This document shows positions 8,746 to 20,000 of a stretch of 64,000 nt of DNA, one piece after another (positions within the stretch are counted from its first letter, which is position 1; every line of letters begins with the position of its first letter). The position numbers and the translations under genes were made by a program. A model generated the notes under the pieces. The model was not told the origin of the DNA. It saw only the letters and a program-made list of their open reading frames with translations, and did not search any database. Source of the stretch: an uncultured candidate division Zixibacteria bacterium (GTDB lineage Bacteria > Zixibacteria > MSB-5A5 > GN15 > PGXB01); the NCBI GenBank assembly GCA_963702205.1, contig OY969724.1, forward strand, positions 2,656,001-2,720,000, read 5' to 3'.

Positions 8746-11700
8746 TTATTTCAGCATGATCATCTTTTTGGTTTGTTTTTGGTCGGCGAATTCGGCGCGG
8801 TAGAAATATACGCCCGAAGCTACCGGCTGCCCGGCGTCGTTGTTGCCGTTCCACTGCACCGAGACATTTCCTGCCGGAGATTCGCCCTCAAAATTCTTAA
8901 CAACCTGACCGGCGATATTAAATACCGTCAGCTTCCAGGCGCCATAGGACGGCAGATTCATATTTATCTGCGTCATCGGGTTAAACGGATTCGGGTAGTT
9001 CTGGGAAACCTCGAACTCCTGTGGAACCAACGCCTGCCCATAACTGCTGGCGATCGCCTGGCCCTCGTACGTGGCGAATTCGGTTTCTTTGAGTTTCAGC
9101 GATCCGCTGCCCGCGTACGGGACCTTTAGAACGGTGCTGTTTCCGGCACCGATCATTACGCCTCTTTCCATACCATAAACGAGCACCCTTATTTCGGATT
9201 GCTTGATATCGTATTGCAGCTCCATGCCGGCCGGGACGTCAATCAATTCCGGAATATTGGGATTGACGCCGTCGTATTCGAATACGAACAGGCCCGCCCC
9301 GAGATCGTAATCGGTATTGAGATTGACCGACACAGCGCCATCGCCTTCTTCGATTTGCACTACGACACTTTCGCCGCCCGGAACAGGTTTCGGAAACGGC
9401 GTGGCATCACCGACAATCACTCGTATCAAGTACACGAGGTCCGCGACCGAAAGAGCACGCCCGTCGGCGTTGACGTCAGAAGCGGCGATTTGGCCGTCAA
9501 CGTTGACCGTGAAAGCCGCAAAGCCATAGATGAAGTAATTGGTAAACACCACGGCATCGGCGATTTCGTACGCTATTCCGTTAAGATTCAAGTCGCCGCG
9601 GTCGTCAATTTCGTCGGGGCTCTTGACACATATGCCGCCGTCATAAAATTCCACGCATCTTGAAGGAATGACCTTATCGCCCGTTAAACAGCTGTCTGCG
9701 GCTCCTATGCCGAATATGCGGCCAGTTTCCGGGAAGTGTATTTCGTCGTATTCATCCCATTTCAGGTGGCCGGAGCTATTATAAATTCTCAGGTCCGCGT
9801 AAAATTCATTTCCGTCGCGGTCGGAGAATCCATTATCTCCGCAATCGTACCAGAAGTACGATATCGGCAAGTATTGACCACCAATATTTTGATCCGATGT
9901 AACCTGCATGATAACTGAGGCTATTTCACCATCGACGATATATTGATCTTCCGGCGGATGATTGGGGCCGTTGTTGACATCGGCTATTCCGACCAGGCGA
10001 AGTAGTCCGGCGGGGCATCCCGCACAGGGACCGTCGGCGCCCGATGAATATGTGAAGTATTCCCAACCGGAAATATCCGAGCCCTTGTTGGCGCCGGCAA
10101 AGCTCATCACCGAATTATCGTACGTCAACAATATATCGAAGCCGCCTATTTCGCCTCTGGACTGGGCGGTTATGTGCACCGGAACACGTGATCCGACAAT
10201 ATAACAGGAATCAGTTTCAATCGATGTCACGACGCAGACGGAGCACTGGGCCGAAGGATATAAGACGACGTCAAATGCTTTCTCGATCGTGTTGCACCCG
10301 TCATCGGCCGTGAAGCAAAACGAATAAGTTGTGTCAAACGTGGTCGGGTCGAAGCAAAGCTGACCGCTGTCGGGTCTTATGAGGTCCAACATACCAGGGC
10401 CGCAGGTTTGAGTTATCGTTATATCGTCGCTTTCCGGATCACTTGCAAAGATACCATCGACACAGATCGTGCCCTGATCATCCTCGCACCAGGGAATAAG
10501 AACCGCTTCCGGAACGGTAAAATCAGGAGCCTGATTCGCGGTTACGTTAATATTCAGATTGCAGGTATCGGCACCGCAGGTATTGGTCGCAATGATTTTG
10601 AAATCGAAACTTCCGGCCTGGGTAATCGGAACGCAAGCCTGTCCCCCGCTGTACGTTCCCTCGGGAAGAATCTTAAACGTCAAGCCCGCGCCGGTAGCAG
10701 TAACCGGGACGCAGATTTCATCGACGCTCGCGAGACACACCAGCGTATCGATGTCACCCGGACAGGTTAGCTCGGGGATGCTGTTGATCTGGACGTCGAC
10801 CTGGATATTACAGGTATCGGCGCTGCACGGAGCCGTTGCAATAACTTTGAAATTATATGTATCGCTTACGTTGGCTTTGAAAGCGAGCGTATGATTGGCT
10901 GCATTGTAGACCGCGTCAGGCGTAATATCCACCTGCACTCCCGGCGGGTTAATAAACAGCGGGACATAGACCGAATCCGGCCCGCATAAGGTTGCTGATA
11001 TCGGCAGGGTCGGGCAGGTAATCTCTGCGAAGTCGTCGAACACGACGTTGACCGTTATATTGCAGGTATCCGACGCGCAGGTGCCGGCGGCGATGGCCCG
11101 GATATTGTAATCACCCTCGGCTTGTGCCGTAAAGCAAATCTGACCGTTGGAATAAGTGCCCATCGAAACCGAAATCACGGCTGTCTCGGGGCTGAACGAA
11201 AGCGGTATGCAAATGTCACCCGCTTCGCACAGATGAACTTCATAAGGCTGCGCCGGACAATCTATACGAGCAGTATCGCCGGTGGTAACTTCAATACATA
11301 CCGTATCGGTCGCACTGAGTCCGCACTCATCGATAGCTTTAACTTCAAGGCAATATTCACCGGCGGCCTCAGGCGTAAAGCAGACATTACCAGTTTCCGT
11401 ATTGTAATAGCCCATTGGAGAAACCAGCACCTGATCAATATTGTCGTCTATATCCGCAACCGTAACCGGCTGGCAAATTTCTTCAAACGTGCATTGAAAA
11501 ACAGAAGCATCCTGTCCGGCATCGACCGTCGGAGCCAAGTTGAACGCCACGTCGACCGCAAAAGTGCATTCATCCGAACCGCACTCCATATCGGCGGATA
11601 CGGTAATTTCATAATAACCGGCCGTATCGGCATTGAAGCACACCGTTCCGTTTTCGTAAGAGCCTGTCGGTGAAACCGTGACAGTCGCCCCGGGCGGCAT

Positions 11701-14700
11701 GACGCCGACCGTGCGGCAGATCTGCGACGGTTCGCAAAGGAAGACCGAAGTATCGGCCGGACAGGTCAGCTGGGCCGGAGCACCGACGGTGACATTCACA
11801 TCGACGAAGCAAGTATCGCTGCCACAAACGGCGTCGGCAATAATCCGTACGGTGTAAACCTTTTGTTCGGATACTGTCAAACATAGCTGTCCATTGGCGT
11901 ACGTCCCCTGCGATACGGTTACTTCGGCATTGGCCGGAGTGATTTCGATCGGGACGCAAACTTCCTGTTCCTGACAAATAAAGAAATCGATTGGCTCTTC
12001 GGGGCAAGCAATGGAAGCGCTCGGTCCGATCGTCACCGTGACGGTGGTCGTCGACGTGGCCGTCAGGCCACACTCGTCGGTCGCGGTAGCAGTGATGACA
12101 TACACGCCCGCACTGTCGGGAGTGAAACAAATGAGTCCCGATTGCGAGTCATAAGTGCCGAAGTCGGTCGCGACCGAGGCCAGATTGCCGTCAACGTCGG
12201 AGGCCGACACGGCAAAACAAATCTGATCGAAAACGCACTGGAATTCTTCAAAGTCCGCCGCTGTTTGAATCTGAGGAGCGGAATTCTGTTTGACCACGAT
12301 TTTCGTGGTATCTTTATCAATGGCGCCACATTCATCGGTGGCGGTAGTAATCATAAAATAGGTTCCGGCGGTGGCTGGTGTGAAGCACACGAACCCATCG
12401 GCATAGACTCCGCCGTTATTGACGGTAACCGTGTCGATATTGCCGTTGTCGTCGGCAACGTCCACGGCAAAACAAATTTTCTGAAGATCGCAAACGAGGA
12501 TGCTGCTGTCCGGAGCCGAAACCACGACCGGCGGCGTGTTCTTCGTGACCGCCACGGTGACCGCGTCGCTGGCGACCTCGCCACAGGCGTCATAAGCGGT
12601 AATCGTTATATTATAAACCCCTTCGTGATCGGGAGTAAAACAGACTTCTCCCGTCTGCGGGTTGTAGTTCCCACCGGATGATACCGTAACGCTGGTGATG
12701 GCGTTATTATCATCGGTGATATCAACCGGGAAACATACCTGCTCAAAATCGCACTGAAATACGCTGAAATCTTCACCGGCATTGACCGCCGGAGGCGCGT
12801 TCAAAATTACCGTTACGATCGTAGTATCGTCATCATACAAACCACATTGGTCAATCGCACGGGTAATAATCGGAAATGCGCCCGACTCGGTCGGAGTGAA
12901 GCAAACGCGACCGGTAATCGGATTATAGGCGGCCCCATCCGAAACTACGACCGTATCGCCGTTGCCATCGAAATCCAACACACCGACGGGAGTGCAAATT
13001 TCCTGAGGCAGGCACAGCCGCACGGTCGTGTCGGGAGCGCTGATAACCAGCGGCGCACGGTTCATACCAATCAGCGCGGTAAACTTGCAACTGTCGGTGC
13101 TGCATTCTCCCTGAATGACGACTTTCAGATCTTTCTTGACGGTGCAGTTGGTATAGAAACAGACTGAACTGGTCTCATAATCGAACCAGGCCGATGACGG
13201 CGAAACCGTCACCGTGGCACCGGTCGGGATACCACCAATCGGGTAGCAGAAGGTGTCCGGCTCGCACGCAAACTCCGAGACATTGCCCGGACATTCCAGA
13301 TTCATCACTTCGCTGACGTCGACCGTCACGGCCGTCGTGGCCGTCGCCTGTTCACCGCAATCATCGGTTACCGTGATCGTGATATTATAATTGCCCGATC
13401 CCGGCGGCGAGAAGCAGATTTCACCATTGCTGTAAATACCGGCCGAAACGTCGATCGACGCAATATTGTCGTCGACGTCGGCAATTTCCACCGGAATGCA
13501 GATATCACTCACGGAACACGCGATAATCGATGTATCGGTCGGCGCGGAGACCGTGGGAGGTGAATTCAAACCGACGGTATAACAAACTTCCGCCGTATCG
13601 GCGGCGCACTGATCGGCGGCTTCTATCGTGAAACAATAATCACCCGCCGTCTGAGGCGTGAAGGTCAACTGCCCCGTGGCAGGGTCAAGCGTGCCATCGC
13701 CGGAAAGCAGGTTAAAGGTAATGCCGTCATAATCCATATCCGAGGCCGCTATCGTGACAACGTGTTCCTGACCCGGATTGCAATCGAAAAACTCTCCACC
13801 CGTAGTCGTTATCTCGGGGGCGGAATTTATATTAACCGTCGCGGTAAACGAGCATGAAGTCTCGCCGCAATCGGTCGAAACGGCAACGTTAAACTGATAA
13901 TCACCGGAATGATCGGCTGTAAAACAAACCTGGCCGTTTTCATAAGACCCCGACGGTGTGACCGTTACTTCAGCACCGGCCGGTTCAACCGTCAACGGAA
14001 GACAAACCAGTCCCGGTTCACAAATCGAAACGGTCTGGTCATCGGGACAAACGACGTTGGGAGGCGTCCCGACGTCGACCACAAAGTTCAATTGGCATTG
14101 CGCCGTGCCGCAATCGGATGCGGCGTTAACATCAACCGTATACGTCCCCGATTCAGTGACATCGAAACAGATTTGACCGTCGACATATTCCGCACCGCTG
14201 CCGTCGACGGTGACGGTTGCATTGGAAGGCAGTATCGGCAGATCGTAACAGATCGTTCCGGCTCCGCACAAATTTTTATATATATCTCCGTCCGGACAAT
14301 CTATCGAGGCCGTCTCGCCCGATTGTACCGTCACGATGACCGTCTTCGAAGCCGTCTCGTAGCAAGAATCGGTAACGACCAGATCGAAGGCGTAATCACC
14401 GTCGTGCGTCGGCGTGAAACAGACCGTCCCGGCGTTCGCATCATATGTTCCGGCACTGACCGACGCCGTTTTTATATTGTTATCCGGATCGTTAAATCCG
14501 ACATCAAAACAAATTTCTTCGTACTGGCACTGGAATACGGTGTAATCATCGGGAGCCGTAATGGAAGGCGGCCCGTTAAGAGTGACCGTTATGGTGGTCG
14601 AATCTTCGTCGGTGGCACCGCATTCATCGGTTGCCCTAATCAAAAATTGATATATACCCGGCAAATCCGCCGCAAAGCAAACGTACCCATTGCTATATGT

Positions 14701-16296
14701 GCCGGCCCCGATTACATCGATTTTGGCAATGTCATTATCGAGATCGGTTACCGACACCGGGAAACAAACCTGAGCCGGATCACAAAGGAAGACCGAACTG
14801 TCGGGTGACGAAATCACGACCGGCGCGTGTCCGAGATCAACCGAAACCACGATATCATCCGACGCGGAAATCTGGCAATCATCGGTTACAATCATAGAGA
14901 CAGTGTAATCACCGGATTCGGTGGGCGTGAAGCAAACCGTCTTATCCTGTTCGTTATAATACGCCCCATCCGGGAGGATTTGGGTTATGGTGGCGTTGCC
15001 ATCGGCGTCACCAAAATCCACCGGGATACAAATTTCTTCCGGAGTACACTGAGTAACCTGGAAATCATCACCGAACGATACATACGGCGCCGAGTTCATG
15101 TTGACATCGACGTTAAACTCGCAACTGTCTTTTCCGCAGCTGTTTTCCGCAACAAATTTTATTGATATGGATTCTGTCGTCGTGGCAACAAAGCAGACGG
15201 CGTCGTTGACGTCGTCGAAAGTGACATTTTCGGGGGTCAGTGTAATCGTGGCATTGGACGGCACGTCACCAAGAGGAATACAGACCGTCTGCGGTTCGCA
15301 GAGATTAATGGTCGTATCATTGGGGCAGGCCAGCGTCAAACCCTGAGTTTGAATGACCGTAATAATCACAGTATCTTTTGGTCCGGGAGGCCAGGCAGCC
15401 TTATCGTCATCGAAAGCTCCGCGGCAGGAATCTGAGGTTTGATACACAAAGACGTAATCGGCTGAATCGGTCGCCGCCGGATAAAAGCAAGTCTGCCCAT
15501 TATTATTATCCACTTGAGTGAATACACCGGTACCTTCTATTTGCGCAATCACTAGGCTGTCGTTTTCAAGGTCGATCGCATTTATGTCAAAGCAGACCTG
15601 TTCACCTGAGCAGACATAATATTTTTGTGTAAATCCGTTGATATACGGAGGATCGTTGTCTTCGAGCGTCAGGCATATATCGGCCGTATCGGCGCTGCAT
15701 TCATCGGCGACTTCAATTTTGAAACAATAAACGCCCGCATTTTGGACGTAGAAAGCCAGTCCGCGACGTTGATAGTCATACCACGCCCCGCCTTCCAGCA
15801 CGTTAACCGTAAGGCTGTCGCTGTCCGGATCGTACATCTCCAGAGGGAACAAAACGATGGTTCCGTTCCAGCACTTATAAAACGTCGCATCACCCGATAA
15901 AATCTGAGGCGGTGTGTTTTCCATTACGACAAAGGTCTTGGTTACTTCGACGAAACTACCGTCGGTCGTGACGGCTTTAAAGACGACATCAAAGCTGCCG
16001 GTGGTCTCCGGAGTATACTCGAAATATCCTTCGGCTACAGACACCGATGGCGTGGAATTGAAAGTTCCCGGCCCGGATTCTTTGGTGATCGTGATAGTTT
16101 GTGCCGGGTCGGCATCGGTGACACGCACCGTGTCGAATATAGTCCCGCCGCTGCAAAGCAATATCGTATCCGGCGAAACGATCGGTTCAAAAATGGGCCC
16201 AACGGGAGGCGTTTCCGCTAAGGTTAGTGAGGGTAAAGCGAATAAGGATATGGCGAATATGAGTGCTATAGAATGCAAATGCCTATTCAAACGCAT
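8746..16296 (-). CDS. giant (~2516 aa) secreted Cys-rich Ig/cadherin-like repeat protein with cohesin-like domain, dockerin and C-terminal FlgD-Ig/T9SS-type-A-like sorting domain
   Basis: GGAGG RBS before ATG 16296; signal peptide; roughly 22 repeats of ~85-90 aa (vCFtp...Y...atD.Cg); cohesin-like GGFDILLTYD...WEYFTY; dockerin GDLNLNG..EIADAV / SDVNADG..LSVADLV; tail QNYPNPFNP...SGVYFYR...KKMIMLK. Confidence 0.85.
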   Translation of the reverse strand: MRLNRHLHSIALIFAISLFALPSLTLAETPPVGPIFEPIVSPDTILLCSGGTIFDTVRVTDADPAQTITITKESGPGTFNSTPSVSVAEGYFEYTPETTGSFDVVFKAVTTDGSFVEVTKTFVVMENTPPQILSGDATFYKCWNGTIVLFPLEMYDPDSDSLTVNVLEGGAWYDYQRRGLAFYVQNAGVYCFKIEVADECSADTADICLTLEDNDPPYINGFTQKYYVCSGEQVCFDINAIDLENDSLVIAQIEGTGVFTQVDNNNGQTCFYPAATDSADYVFVYQTSDSCRGAFDDDKAAWPPGPKDTVIITVIQTQGLTLACPNDTTINLCEPQTVCIPLGDVPSNATITLTPENVTFDDVNDAVCFVATTTESISIKFVAENSCGKDSCEFNVDVNMNSAPYVSFGDDFQVTQCTPEEICIPVDFGDADGNATITQILPDGAYYNEQDKTVCFTPTESGDYTVSMIVTDDCQISASDDIVVSVDLGHAPVVISSPDSSVFLCDPAQVCFPVSVTDLDNDIAKIDVIGAGTYSNGYVCFAADLPGIYQFLIRATDECGATDEDSTTITVTLNGPPSITAPDDYTVFQCQYEEICFDVGFNDPDNNIKTASVSAGTYDANAGTVCFTPTHDGDYAFDLVVTDSCYETASKTVIVTVQSGETASIDCPDGDIYKNLCGAGTICYDLPILPSNATVTVDGSGAEYVDGQICFDVTESGTYTVDVNAASDCGTAQCQLNFVVDVGTPPNVVCPDDQTVSICEPGLVCLPLTVEPAGAEVTVTPSGSYENGQVCFTADHSGDYQFNVAVSTDCGETSCSFTATVNINSAPEITTTGGEFFDCNPGQEHVVTIAASDMDYDGITFNLLSGDGTLDPATGQLTFTPQTAGDYCFTIEAADQCAADTAEVCYTVGLNSPPTVSAPTDTSIIACSVSDICIPVEIADVDDNIASIDVSAGIYSNGEICFSPPGSGNYNITITVTDDCGEQATATTAVTVDVSEVMNLECPGNVSEFACEPDTFCYPIGGIPTGATVTVSPSSAWFDYETSSVCFYTNCTVKKDLKVVIQGECSTDSCKFTALIGMNRAPLVISAPDTTVRLCLPQEICTPVGVLDFDGNGDTVVVSDGAAYNPITGRVCFTPTESGAFPIITRAIDQCGLYDDDTTIVTVILNAPPAVNAGEDFSVFQCDFEQVCFPVDITDDNNAITSVTVSSGGNYNPQTGEVCFTPDHEGVYNITITAYDACGEVASDAVTVAVTKNTPPVVVSAPDSSILVCDLQKICFAVDVADDNGNIDTVTVNNGGVYADGFVCFTPATAGTYFMITTATDECGAIDKDTTKIVVKQNSAPQIQTAADFEEFQCVFDQICFAVSASDVDGNLASVATDFGTYDSQSGLICFTPDSAGVYVITATATDECGLTATSTTTVTVTIGPSASIACPEEPIDFFICQEQEVCVPIEITPANAEVTVSQGTYANGQLCLTVSEQKVYTVRIIADAVCGSDTCFVDVNVTVGAPAQLTCPADTSVFLCEPSQICRTVGVMPPGATVTVSPTGSYENGTVCFNADTAGYYEITVSADMECGSDECTFAVDVAFNLAPTVDAGQDASVFQCTFEEICQPVTVADIDDNIDQVLVSPMGYYNTETGNVCFTPEAAGEYCLEVKAIDECGLSATDTVCIEVTTGDTARIDCPAQPYEVHLCEAGDICIPLSFSPETAVISVSMGTYSNGQICFTAQAEGDYNIRAIAAGTCASDTCNITVNVVFDDFAEITCPTLPISATLCGPDSVYVPLFINPPGVQVDITPDAVYNAANHTLAFKANVSDTYNFKVIATAPCSADTCNIQVDVQINSIPELTCPGDIDTLVCLASVDEICVPVTATGAGLTFKILPEGTYSGGQACVPITQAGSFDFKIIATNTCGADTCNLNINVTANQAPDFTVPEAVLIPWCEDDQGTICVDGIFASDPESDDITITQTCGPGMLDLIRPDSGQLCFDPTTFDTTYSFCFTADDGCNTIEKAFDVVLYPSAQCSVCVVTSIETDSCYIVGSRVPVHITAQSRGEIGGFDILLTYDNSVMSFAGANKGSDISGWEYFTYSSGADGPCAGCPAGLLRLVGIADVNNGPNHPPEDQYIVDGEIASVIMQVTSDQNIGGQYLPISYFWYDCGDNGFSDRDGNEFYADLRIYNSSGHLKWDEYDEIHFPETGRIFGIGAADSCLTGDKVIPSRCVEFYDGGICVKSPDEIDDRGDLNLNGIAYEIADAVVFTNYFIYGFAAFTVNVDGQIAASDVNADGRALSVADLVYLIRVIVGDATPFPKPVPGGESVVVQIEEGDGAVSVNLNTDYDLGAGLFVFEYDGVNPNIPELIDVPAGMELQYDIKQSEIRVLVYGMERGVMIGAGNSTVLKVPYAGSGSLKLKETEFATYEGQAIASSYGQALVPQEFEVSQNYPNPFNPMTQINMNLPSYGAWKLTVFNIAGQVVKNFEGESPAGNVSVQWNGNNDAGQPVASGVYFYRAEFADQKQTKKMIMLK

Positions 16297-16489
16297 TTTT
16301 CCTCCAGAAACATATTTGTGGAAATGTGCCGGTACGGAGTTTCGCGCCATTATACAGCGACCTTGACGTTCCTCTTTCGGGTACAAACTTATGTCTTTGC
16401 AAATGTTTCCTCACTTGCCCGATTCGTAATCTTGATGAGGCATTTAACTCACAAGTACCAGTACGTAGTAAACTAAAGAAAGCCACTTT

Positions 16490-16517
16490 AATATATCCTC
16501 AAAACAGTTATTGTCAA
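16490..16517 (-). promoter_or_regulatory. putative sigma70 promoter of the giant repeat protein gene
   Basis: Minus strand TTGACA-16 nt-TATATT, ~190 nt upstream of ATG 16296. Confidence 0.55.
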
Positions 16518-17037
16518 GCCATAATTGCCCATATAATCGTTAGCAATACGTTAGCACTCAACCAATTAGGCAGCCGGAAGCCCATCCCGAATTTATTGCT
16601 GAAGCTGTTGATCAAATGCCCTACTCGCTTTCAAAAATTGCTCGCTTTGCTATGCTGCAATTTCCTTGCCCTCCGCAAGAATTGGAAATGGTGTATAGAT
16701 AACGGCATAGACAATAACCCATATGGCCGACATTATATCATCCAACACTTCAATATGACGCCGTATATGGCCATACAGCAACAATATAACTATTACAAAC
16801 ATAAAATATTGGTGTACCAGCTTCTATAATATAAATAATAATTTATTTTTTTATATGAGATTTTTGCAAAGCGCCAATTCTGCTTTTATGCAAAACTTTT
16901 CAGCGAGGTGCAAAGTAAACGATTTTTATGGCTAAATCGTCATACAAAAAGACCCTTTGATAAAAAACCAGGCGCATTTATCTTACAATTACACGGATAA
17001 ATGCCGTCAGCCCAAACCACGAGTAGGAGGGCCGCCG

Positions 17038-20000
17038 TTGAAAGCCATTCGCTATCTGCGTTTTGTTGCAATAATGTTCATTCTCTTATGGGCGCTTGCC
17101 GCCGGGGTTGAAGCCATAAGTGGCAATATAAGCCCATTTGGTGAAGGTGAAAATCGCAGCACGCCTCAACTTTCGCTTTCGGCTAATCAAGGCGATGTTC
17201 ACTGGCCCCAAGCCGTGGGATTTCATTCCATTGGCGGGGTCGAGATGACGGTAACCAGCCTCGGGAATTTCGGCGGCGTCAATATGTCGATTTTAAGTGA
17301 TCCGGAAACCGGCCGGACATTGAAAGCCTTCACATTCCCCAAGGGCAGCAGGCATTCCTATCTTTGGGGGGCGGGGCTCTGGATCGGTGGTATCATAAAC
17401 GGTGATACCCTTGTCTCCCTGGGTATCTCGGATTCATATTACGGCACTGGCCATTACCTGCCGGTCGACAGCGGTGGATCGGTTACTTTGATCGGGGGGC
17501 TTGGAGACAAGCAGTTTCGGGCCGAATATGATGACAATTTCCCGTCACCGGCCTGGCAGGAGCCGGATTTCCGCAAACTGCGAAGCATCCATGTCGCAGA
17601 AACCAGTCGAAGCTGGACCTACCCCCCTAACGATAACTTCATAATAGTGGAACTCATCATTACCAATATTGGCGAGTCTCCGATTGCCGATGCATTTGTG
17701 GGGCTGTACGTTGACGGAGACGTGGCCGACCGTACCAATGCTCTCGGATATTCTGATGACATGGCCGGGTTCATTCGCAATGAGGGTATAGCGTATATTA
17801 TGGACAACGACGGCGATCCCGGAAACAACCAAACCTGGGTCGACAGCAGTATCCTCGGCGCCATCGGCATCGGCCTGGTTTATTCCGACCCGCCCGCCGT
17901 CGACACCTCGTTCAATTGGTGGAATCGCATTGCACCTAATTATGGTCCCCAGTATCTCGGGCACCCTCCGCAAAATCCTCATTATATGGCCGACAGCGGT
18001 CTGGGCAATCCGATAAATGCCAACGACAGGTATTATCTGCTGTCCAACGGTGAAATCGACTACGATCAAATGTACGCGGCCGTCATGAACGCCGATTCCG
18101 GCTGGCTGCCGGCAGGAACCAACGGCCCGGCTATGGCCATGGGGTTTGACACCAGATTCGTAATCGGATACGGCCCGTACCAGCTCGCGCCGGGCGATTC
18201 GGTCCATATTGTTCTGGCCTTTACGGCCGGACGCAATATCCATCAAAACCCTCGTGATTACCGCGATTTTTTCGATGACCAGAATCCTGGTGCATATTAC
18301 AGCAAACTTGATTTCGGCGACCTGATCGACAATATCCAAGCGGCTCGGCTGCTATATGAGTCTGATTACGCCCTGGCGTTGCGACCCGGTGAGATTCAGG
18401 GAGTGCATGTTACCGACGCCGGACAGACGTCGGCCAGAATCTCATGGCTGCCCAGGAATCATGCCGATATTGAAGGATACAATGTCTATATCAAGCCGGT
18501 GCCTGACAGCCAGGTCATTTTCAAAGATACCGTTTATCGATTCGATCTGGATACGGTCGACATGGTGTTGGCCAATCCCGACGGCCCCATAACGGATACC
18601 TCCTATGCCGTCGACGGACTGGTCGACGGTCAGACTTATTTTGTGTCCGTGACCGCCGTCAATTTCTTCTCGGAATCGCCCCGGTCATTCCCGCGTTATT
18701 TCACTCTCGGTACCCCCGATGCTCCGGCGACTCAACCCGACCCGACCTATATCGGCAACGTCGGTCAGGTTGCCATACACTGGACTCCGCCGGCTCAAAG
18801 CGACATCGATCATTACAATATTTATCGCTATGTGGGGGCTTATGACTATTCTCTGAGATATACCCCGCGAATTACCACCCGCCCCATCGACGGACGCCAG
18901 TACCGACAGCCTGCGCGTAATCATCAACGGGAATGACACTTCATTATTTTATTTCTACGACGTGGTCCCGTATGCGCAGGTTCCGGCTCCGGATACGGTT
19001 TTTACGGACCCGATTACCGACGCCGAACTGTACTATCTGGTGACGGCCGTCGACGGAGCCGGGCAGGCATCGGACACGTCGAGGTCGATTCCGATTTATG
19101 CCACCAGCCACATGCCCAACGATATTTTGATCTTCCTCGAAAACACCGGGGAGGACCGGAATTTCGAATCGGTCGACACGATCATGCACTATTACGACGA
19201 CGTTCTGTCCGATTATGCCGTGGATTATTTTATAATGGCGGATTCCGCGCAGGGGTACGTTTGCGACGACGACGGATGTCACGACGTCTGTCTCAATAAA
19301 GAGTGCTTTTCCTGGGCGGCTTTGGCCCCGTACAGGTACGTCATATTAGACGAAAATTTTCTAAAACCCATTATCAATCGGTATGACTTCATAGTACCGT
19401 TTAATAAAATATTGCGGGACTACATACGCTCCGGCGGCACGGTAATCTACTTCGGTAATTTCATAAATACGGTCGTTCCATACGGTCTGGATACTCTGAC
19501 CCGGCATTTTAATCCGGGATCGAAAGAATACGACCTGTTCGGACTCGATTCGGTTTTTATCAATGGCGTTGGTTTGCATTTCTATGGTTTGATCGGCGAT
19601 GGGGTCGATACGATCGGCGGTTTTATCGGTGCGACTTCGCTCGTGGCGGCCTTCGATCAACTACAGGTCGACACGACCTACGACTGGTGGAACTACGCCG
19701 CCAAGCAGGATACTTTCTGGCCCTACGCCACGCCGCCGCAAACGGCTATAATGTACCCCCGCGATGGAGCTGAAATTATATACATTTACGGCGCGGTCTC
19801 GCCGCAGACTTCGCTGTTCGAGGGACTTCCGTGCGGAATCAGATTCAATGCGTACGGTCGCGGCATTTATACGTTCGGGTTTCATCCGTGGTACCTGCCC
19901 CGCTCCCAGAGCGCCGCGCTGTTTGCGGCCATAATGGACGATCAGCCCACCGGTGTCGATGGCCCACCGAAGGTAATTCCCGACCGTTTTGCGTTGCACC

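Noticed and set aside
13909..14808. 299-aa and other plus-strand ORFs inside the giant gene
   Set aside because: Antisense shadows caused by codon bias; no motifs or RBS
16330..16425. c-di-GMP-I riboswitch call (GGGCAA...CCGAAAG)
   Set aside because: The GACGCAAAG core and P2/P3 pairing could not be matched; kept only as a low-interest leader
16326..16829. 167-aa ORF in the AT-rich spacer
   Set aside because: Atypical composition, no RBS, overlaps the predicted promoter and leader; more likely non-coding
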